Source of the DNA: a virus
IMG/VR virus record: IMGVR_UViG_3300035704_000006
Location: 3,456 to 67,455 of that record
Strand: one strand, 5' to 3'
DNA length: 64,000 nucleotides
Below are positions 58,641 through 64,000 of the stretch, in pieces. The notes under the pieces were generated by a model that was given only the letters and a program-made list of their open reading frames with translations, did no database searches and had not been told where the DNA came from. The first letter of the stretch is position 1, and the number at the start of each line of letters is the position of its first letter. A program made the position numbers and the translations under genes.

Positions 58641-58879
58641 GCAATCCTAAGGCGCCGCCGGAAAGAAATTCCGCCAGCATAAATCCGGTTAACCGCAGAA
58701 ATCAATCGGAATGAATCCAGATTATATTCTGGATGCAGTCTGGCCAGTTGCTCCAGTACATCTATAACCTCCTGAGTATTTTTGCTCAGGCCTTCATTCC
58801 TGGCTTTGCACTCATCAGCAGCTCCTTGAGACCACCACAGGTATTCCTGCGTCGTCGATTCTGGGACTCTCGGAGGCAT
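58619..58879 (-). CDS. Hypothetical protein between terS and terL
   Basis: TAATG coupling, lower GC. Confidence 0.5.
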   Translation of the reverse strand: MPPRVPESTTQEYLWWSQGAADECKARNEGLSKNTQEVIDVLEQLARLHPEYNLDSFRLISAVNRIYAGGISFRRRLRIAWMLIRS

Positions 58880-59316
58880 TACTTGACTACAGACAGGAAG
58901 TCTTTGATATCCGTCACTGCCGCGTAGTCCTCGGGGGAACGGTCGTCGATGTCGCCGCGCTCCAGCTCGATCTTGATGCGTCGCCGGTCGCCTTCGGTCG
59001 CACCGAGGAGGGAAAGCCCGTGCAGGACATTGGCCAGCATCATTGCCGAGGGCTTGCGCATGGTGGCCATGATGTGCCGGCAGACAAGAGCGAGGGTTGT
59101 CCAGTCGGATGCCGTGTAGTAGACCGCCTGCCCGGACAGCCGGAAAGACTCGTACAAGTCGAGTGCGAATCCGTCCATCCATTCAGGAGCTTCCGGCCCC
59201 AGGGACTCAGGGAGATAGAGGCTTCCTGTCGATACCTCTGATTCCGCAGCGCTGTTGTGCCCGAGCCTCTGATCCGATCTCTTGGGGATCTGCCCGCGTG
59301 TTCCGACCTGTACCAA
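58879..59316 (-). CDS. terS: Terminase small subunit
   Basis: GTRG.IPKRS..R, SGQA..Y.ASDW, L..TEGDRRR..IEL. Confidence 0.85.
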   Translation of the reverse strand: MVQVGTRGQIPKRSDQRLGHNSAAESEVSTGSLYLPESLGPEAPEWMDGFALDLYESFRLSGQAVYYTASDWTTLALVCRHIMATMRKPSAMMLANVLHGLSLLGATEGDRRRIKIELERGDIDDRSPEDYAAVTDIKDFLSVVK

Positions 59317-59746
59317 TCCTGCCTTTCCGCGCAAGCCTGTCGCCGCGCTGAAGACAGGATAACGGAAACGCGAAGCCCGGCCCAACCTGCTGTCCGGAAA
59401 GCAGATGAGCCGGGCTCGCTTCACCGGCCCATGCCTGCCGGCTGCCTACTTGTCTTCCTTCAGTGGAGCCTGGCTCAGCCCGGCACTAGCTCATCGCATG
59501 CATGCCAGGCCGAACCAGGAACCTGCCTATTCAGGGTTTCGAACCCCCAATGCGCCGTCGCGCCGCCCTCTCTGCTCCCTCCGATCGGGTTGCAGCCGGT
59601 AAGGCAGGGTGGGGCATACCCCGAGGCGTTTCAACCTCTCCCGGGAGCCCGGGTACGATCGGGGCCAGCCATGACACCAGGTGCCGGCCGCTAAGCCGCA
59701 TTGAGCACCTGGAGGCTCCATTCACGCGACAGGCTACCCTCCTCCC

Positions 59747-60343
59747 ATGACACAACGCAACCGATGGGTACGGAGCTGGCTCCCCGAGGATCATCCGCTG
59801 CTGGCGACTGACCGGCCTCGGGTGACCGATCACATCGAGCGGTTCCCGATCGAGAGCTACGACTACCGGCCCCTGATCGAGGACCACGTGAAGCGGTTCC
59901 CCGGCCAGGGCCTGATCCACGTCGACTGGGATACAGCCTTCGGCATCGAGACCCGGGATGCCTTCGAGCGCGCCGCGCGGGCATCAGCCGATGGTGTCCT
60001 GGTCGCCCCCGTCCGCATCTATCCCGACTCAACTGCCCTGCCGGAGACCGTCTGGAATCACCGGCTTCCCTCTGGCCCCGTGGATGAAGACAAGCCGATC
60101 CTGACCGGGGACATGCTCTGGCGCTGGGTGACCTCCGAAGATGAGAAGTGCGCCCTGTTCGGCTTCGGCATGGTGTACATCGACTGGGGAACCTGTCATC
60201 AGTTCCTGCGGAATACTCAGGCGGACGGGCCGCAGAACGATTTCTACTTCTCGAAGTGGTATTACGAGAACTATGGCCTCACGCGGATCACATGGGATAT
60301 CATCCCCGTACATCTCCATTGGCAGAGTGCATTCGAGGAGTGA
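59747..60343 (+). CDS. Putative GT-A fold glycosyltransferase-like protein
   Basis: VDWD, FGFG..Y, D..FS, HLH. Confidence 0.55.
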   Translation: MTQRNRWVRSWLPEDHPLLATDRPRVTDHIERFPIESYDYRPLIEDHVKRFPGQGLIHVDWDTAFGIETRDAFERAARASADGVLVAPVRIYPDSTALPETVWNHRLPSGPVDEDKPILTGDMLWRWVTSEDEKCALFGFGMVYIDWGTCHQFLRNTQADGPQNDFYFSKWYYENYGLTRITWDIIPVHLHWQSAFEE

Positions 60344-60534
60344 CACTCTTGAAGATCCGTTTCGGCCCGTGCCCGGTGTGCGAGGAAGAGGTTGAGGAAA
60401 CTGAGTGGTACCCCCGCACTGGTCTCGTGCTCCTGCCGTGCGGGCACAACTCCCGCAAGAATGATCTCAGCGGCCTTCGCCGGTACGTAGACTACGAGCC
60501 TGGCGAAGAGATTCCGGTGGCTCCCCCGAAGTAA
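60340..60534 (+). CDS. Small zinc-finger protein
   Basis: CPVC...PCGH; GTGA overlap. Confidence 0.5.
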   Translation: MTLLKIRFGPCPVCEEEVEETEWYPRTGLVLLPCGHNSRKNDLSGLRRYVDYEPGEEIPVAPPK

Positions 60535-60584
60535 GCTCCACCAGCAGTACCTGATCCCGGCAAAGGACAGTAGGTGCACGTGCG

Positions 60585-60806
60585 ATGTCACGCGACTGGC
60601 AGTTCTCTGAATGCTGCGACGCTCCCATCTGGCGCAAGAACATCCGTACCATGGGCCGGTGCACGGCCTGCGGCCATCGCAAGATCACCGATGGCTTAGC
60701 TCCCGTCAAAACGCGCTTCCAGCCGTGGCGAATCCCGGCAGAGATCATCGGACGCTGCCAGGCCAGGAAGGCGGGAGGTATCCTCCGCAGGATCCAGGTT
60801 CTGTAA
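60585..60806 (+). CDS. Small zinc-ribbon protein
   Basis: SECC.A, C.ACG; motif upstream. Confidence 0.5.
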   Translation: MSRDWQFSECCDAPIWRKNIRTMGRCTACGHRKITDGLAPVKTRFQPWRIPAEIIGRCQARKAGGILRRIQVL

Positions 60807-60843
60807 GAAACACTTAATCCCGGCAAAGGATGAAAGAGGCATT

Positions 60844-61704
60844 ATGTCATACCCTACCGCTATCATGCTCTGCCCGTCGCGAGGCCGGCCGGCTGCTGCC
60901 GCCGAGCTGATGGACGGATGGCGGGAGTTCGCTGACTTCGCCCGGCTCATCGTCATCATCGACGAGGACGACCCGGAGGGGAGGAAGTACCCGAAGGGCG
61001 ACGACGGCTGGATGTCCCTGCTCCCGGTCGGTCCCTCGATCGACCCTGGGGCCATCGTCAGGTCACTCAGCCAGCCCGTGCTTTTCCCTGCCTACGCGAC
61101 CGGAGCCGTGGGCGCTTCGCATCCCGGATGCAACTACCTCGCGGTAGGCCTCTGCAACAAGTGCGGATGGCGCGACGACGCTCCCCGCGGCATCGGGCCG
61201 CTCATCAACCACGTGGCCGCCGAGCTGTGCGCCGACCCTAACCTGGGCTACATCGGCTTTCTCGGTGACGACCACCGGCCCCGGACTCCGCACTGGGACA
61301 CGCTGCTGGCGCGATCTCTCCAAGGCCGCCCGGGAGTCGCTTACGGCGACGACGGCTTCCAGCACGAGCGCATCCCCACCGCCTGCCTGATGTCCGCGTG
61401 GCTCCCCCGCCTCACCGGGCACATGAATCCTCCGGGATGCACGCACCTGTTCCTGGATAATTTCTGGGCAAGCCTGGGCAACGCGGCCGGCAACCTCAGG
61501 TACGTCCCCGAAGTCTCCATCGAGCATCTTCACCCGATCGCCGGGAAGGCCGTCTGGGACGACGGCTGGAAGCGAGTCAACAGCCGGGAAATGCAAAGTC
61601 ACGATCACAGGGCATTCGTGCGCTACATGGAAGAAGACTGGCCTACCTGTCGCAACAGCATCGCTCTCGCTTTGCAAACCGAGTTCGGCGGCCCCTATTC
61701 ATAG
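60844..61704 (+). CDS. Glycosyltransferase family 2-like
   Basis: PSRGRP, IDEDDP, GFLGDDH.PRT..WD, YGDD, HLF.DN, IEHLHP. Confidence 0.85.
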   Translation: MSYPTAIMLCPSRGRPAAAAELMDGWREFADFARLIVIIDEDDPEGRKYPKGDDGWMSLLPVGPSIDPGAIVRSLSQPVLFPAYATGAVGASHPGCNYLAVGLCNKCGWRDDAPRGIGPLINHVAAELCADPNLGYIGFLGDDHRPRTPHWDTLLARSLQGRPGVAYGDDGFQHERIPTACLMSAWLPRLTGHMNPPGCTHLFLDNFWASLGNAAGNLRYVPEVSIEHLHPIAGKAVWDDGWKRVNSREMQSHDHRAFVRYMEEDWPTCRNSIALALQTEFGGPYS

Positions 61705-61871
61705 AAAGGAAAGAGGACCATTGGACTGGAAGAAAATCACTCTCGCAGTTGCCCGGGCTGCCTGCGAAATCGACGGCTTCGACATCTACATTCAGGAAAG
61801 TTCCTCCCGTCTTAAGGAACTGCTGAGCCCAGATGAATATGAAGCCCTGATGCTCTCTATCAAGGAAGAGA

Positions 61872-62612
61872 ATGGCTGAATACAAACTGTTTGAGGGCGA
61901 TATTCCCTTCGTCTCGACCGCGGAGTTCCACAAGGACCGCGAGCGTGCTCCGCACCTGGAGCAGTCCGGCCATCGCGAGCGCCTTTACCTCGCAGCGGAT
62001 CTGATCAGGAAAACTGCCGAGCACGCTCATGCCCCTTGCGGAACTGCCGAATTTTTCACTCCCACTCTCACCTTTTCCGATCTCGGCTGCGGAGACGGCG
62101 GCCTGCTCTCGGTAGTAGAGATGTGGTTCACCGATGCCTGGGGCTATGATTTCCAGCCGTCGAATGAGGCAGGGTGGAAAGAGCGCAGAGTTAATGCAGA
62201 AAGCATCAACATATTCACTCCGGAGCGATACAAGATCAGCGAGCCCTGCGACGGCGGCTGCGCTAGTAACTGGGGAAAGCCATGCGACTGCGAAGAGGTC
62301 AGGCTTGGCAACATCGTTGCGATGACCGAAGTGCTGGAGCACCTGGCAGATCCCCGCGCGGCGCTCCGGTGGATAAGATCGCGACCAGATGTGCAATACC
62401 TGGTGTGCTCTTCCCCGTACACCGAGACCAGCGAGAGCCACTGCGAGGAGCACGCCTGGGCCTGGGATATCGCCGGCTACTACGAGCTTCTCCGGAGTAC
62501 CGGATGGGTTCCCGTCGAACGTCACCTGACCGGGATGTTCCAGGTAATCCTGGCCGGACGCGACGACTGGAAAAACGAGATCAAGATGATGATCTCAGAT
62601 CGAGAGGGGTAA
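61872..62612 (+). CDS. Class I SAM-dependent methyltransferase
   Basis: DLGCGDG, GYD, EVLEHL.DP. Confidence 0.88.
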   Translation: MAEYKLFEGDIPFVSTAEFHKDRERAPHLEQSGHRERLYLAADLIRKTAEHAHAPCGTAEFFTPTLTFSDLGCGDGGLLSVVEMWFTDAWGYDFQPSNEAGWKERRVNAESINIFTPERYKISEPCDGGCASNWGKPCDCEEVRLGNIVAMTEVLEHLADPRAALRWIRSRPDVQYLVCSSPYTETSESHCEEHAWAWDIAGYYELLRSTGWVPVERHLTGMFQVILAGRDDWKNEIKMMISDREG

Positions 62613-63512
62613 ATGAAGAAAGCACTCATCACAGGTGCCGCTGGGTTCCTCGGACGGCACTTTCACAAGCGTCTCGCCGAAGACGGCTGGGATGTGCACG
62701 GGATCGACCTGAAGCCGAGTGCAGTTAGCTGGCAGACGCACGCGCTCCAGTTCTTCCGGCCTCCGTACTTCTCTGATCACTATGGCCTGGTGCTGCACTG
62801 CGCCGCGGTGGTCGGCGGCCGGGAGGTCACTGACGGCAGCCCGCTCGACCAGGCGGTCAACCTCGAACTCGATGCGGCGATGTTCCAGTGGGCGCTCCGG
62901 ATGAAGCCCAGCCGGGTCGTCTACTTCAGCAGCTCGGCTGTCTACCCGGTCGACTACCAGACCTTCGCCGAGCCGCTGGAATTGTGCGAGGAGATGGGCG
63001 GTCCGGACGTAGGCGGCATTCCGGATGCTCTCTACGGCAGGTCGAAGGTAATGGGAGAGTACCTGGCCACGCTGGCGCAGAATGAAGGCCTTCCGGTTAC
63101 GATCGTCCGGCCGTTCAGCGGCTACGGCGAAGACCAGGACGACTGCTACCCGTTCCCCGCCTTTGTTCGCCGCGCGCGGGCATCAGCCGATCCTTTCATC
63201 GTGTGGGGCGACCCGATGCAGGTCCGCGACTTCATCCACGTGGATGACATCGTGGAGGGCACGCTGGCCATTGCTGAGAGAGGAACCAGCCTGCCGGTGA
63301 ACCTGGGCTGGGGGCGGCCGGTAGAACTGGGCTCGCTGGCCAGGATGATCTGCAAGGAGTCCGGCTACTCACCTGACCAGGTAATCGGAGATGACGGCGC
63401 TCCGATGGGCGTCGAATGGCGTGTCGCGGATGTCGAGCGGATGCTGGACCTCTACAAGCCAAAGGTGACGCTCGAAGAAGGCATCGCCAGGGCGGTAAAA
63501 GCCGCCTGCTAG
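62613..63512 (+). CDS. NAD-dependent epimerase/dehydratase (extended SDR)
   Basis: TGAAGFLG, SSS, YGRSK, RDFIHV.D. Confidence 0.93.
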   Translation: MKKALITGAAGFLGRHFHKRLAEDGWDVHGIDLKPSAVSWQTHALQFFRPPYFSDHYGLVLHCAAVVGGREVTDGSPLDQAVNLELDAAMFQWALRMKPSRVVYFSSSAVYPVDYQTFAEPLELCEEMGGPDVGGIPDALYGRSKVMGEYLATLAQNEGLPVTIVRPFSGYGEDQDDCYPFPAFVRRARASADPFIVWGDPMQVRDFIHVDDIVEGTLAIAERGTSLPVNLGWGRPVELGSLARMICKESGYSPDQVIGDDGAPMGVEWRVADVERMLDLYKPKVTLEEGIARAVKAAC

Positions 63513-63525
63513 CCAGAAGAACAGC

Positions 63526-63570
63526 AAAGAGCCCCGTGCTTTCCGACAATTAGCACGGGGCTCTTTCTTT
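63526..63570. terminator. Bidirectional intrinsic terminator
   Basis: AAAGAGCCCCGTGCT...AGCACGGGGCTCTTTCTTT. Confidence 0.85.
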
Positions 63571-63575
63571 TCCTG

Positions 63576-63818
63576 TCACAGTCGCTTGCGGACCAGAACT
63601 GGCCGGCCGGCCGAGGTGGAATTGGCGCTGAAATGCATTGTCATCAGGTTCGGGGCAGCCAGGGTCAATGATGGCTTGCCCCTGATACGGGGAGTACCGG
63701 GAATTACGTAGTGGTGCGGCACGTACGGCCGGGTAATCGCGTGGACTACAGCCGGCGCAGCGAGCACGAAGGTAAAAGAAAGCGCTGCTGCTATCACCAT
63801 GAGCATTTTCCTGGTCAT
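63576..63818 (-). CDS. Small protein with signal peptide
   Basis: MTRK + hydrophobic stretch + VHA; AAGGAGG RBS. Confidence 0.55.
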   Translation of the reverse strand: MTRKMLMVIAAALSFTFVLAAPAVVHAITRPYVPHHYVIPGTPRIRGKPSLTLAAPNLMTMHFSANSTSAGRPVLVRKRL

Positions 63819-64000
63819 ATCCCCCTCCTTTCTCTGCCGGGACGGGTTTTTCTGCTTCATAGCTTACCGCATGGCGCTGTCTGATGCGGAATTTCCGGAA
63901 CTTGCGGAATTACTATCACCCTGGGGACTCTTTTAAAGGATCCTTTTGTTTTTCCTCTGGATTGGGAGAACTAGAGAAATCGGGGCGGCTGGGAAAGGCT

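Larger units (their letters stand above)
1..64000. mobile_element. Temperate siphovirus-like actinobacteriophage genome segment, apparently non-integrated (attP intact)
   Basis: Complete head-tail gene order, replication module, integrase/xis, endolysin; no host genes; high GC. Confidence 0.93.

Noticed and set aside
1-64000. Reverse transcriptase systems (DGR/retron) or IS elements
   Set aside because: No RT or transposase motifs recognised in any ORF

Overview
The whole window looks like one high-GC, temperate, long-tailed (siphovirus-like) actinobacteriophage genome; no host housekeeping genes are visible. Most genes are on the minus strand: terminase, portal, head and tail genes (59.3 to 35.2 kb); excisionase, tyrosine integrase and an intact attP carrying the 3' half of tRNA-Thr(CGT) (34.3 to 31.0 kb); a replication/recombination arm (29 to 9 kb) with SNF2 and RecD-like helicases, Cas4-like nuclease, AAA and SSB-like proteins, a split C5 methyltransferase, UDG, a split DnaE, MazG-like, RuvC-like and primase-helicase genes; and a distal HNH, endolysin and holin block (7 to 3.6 kb). 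Plus-strand blocks are a cassette-like arm (1 to 2.8 kb) and a glycosyltransferase, methyltransferase and epimerase operon (59.7 to 63.5 kb). The strongest unexplained signals are: (1) a 14-nt motif ATCCCGGCAAAGGA in about 19 strand-polarised copies at gene starts genome-wide; (2) a second dispersed 3x9-bp motif; (3) a probable virion- or DNA-glycosylation system; (4) a Mom-like gene inserted between 27-bp direct repeats; (5) duplicated head-decoration-like genes and an Acb4-like gene in the lysis block. All family calls come from motif recognition by eye; no database search was run.
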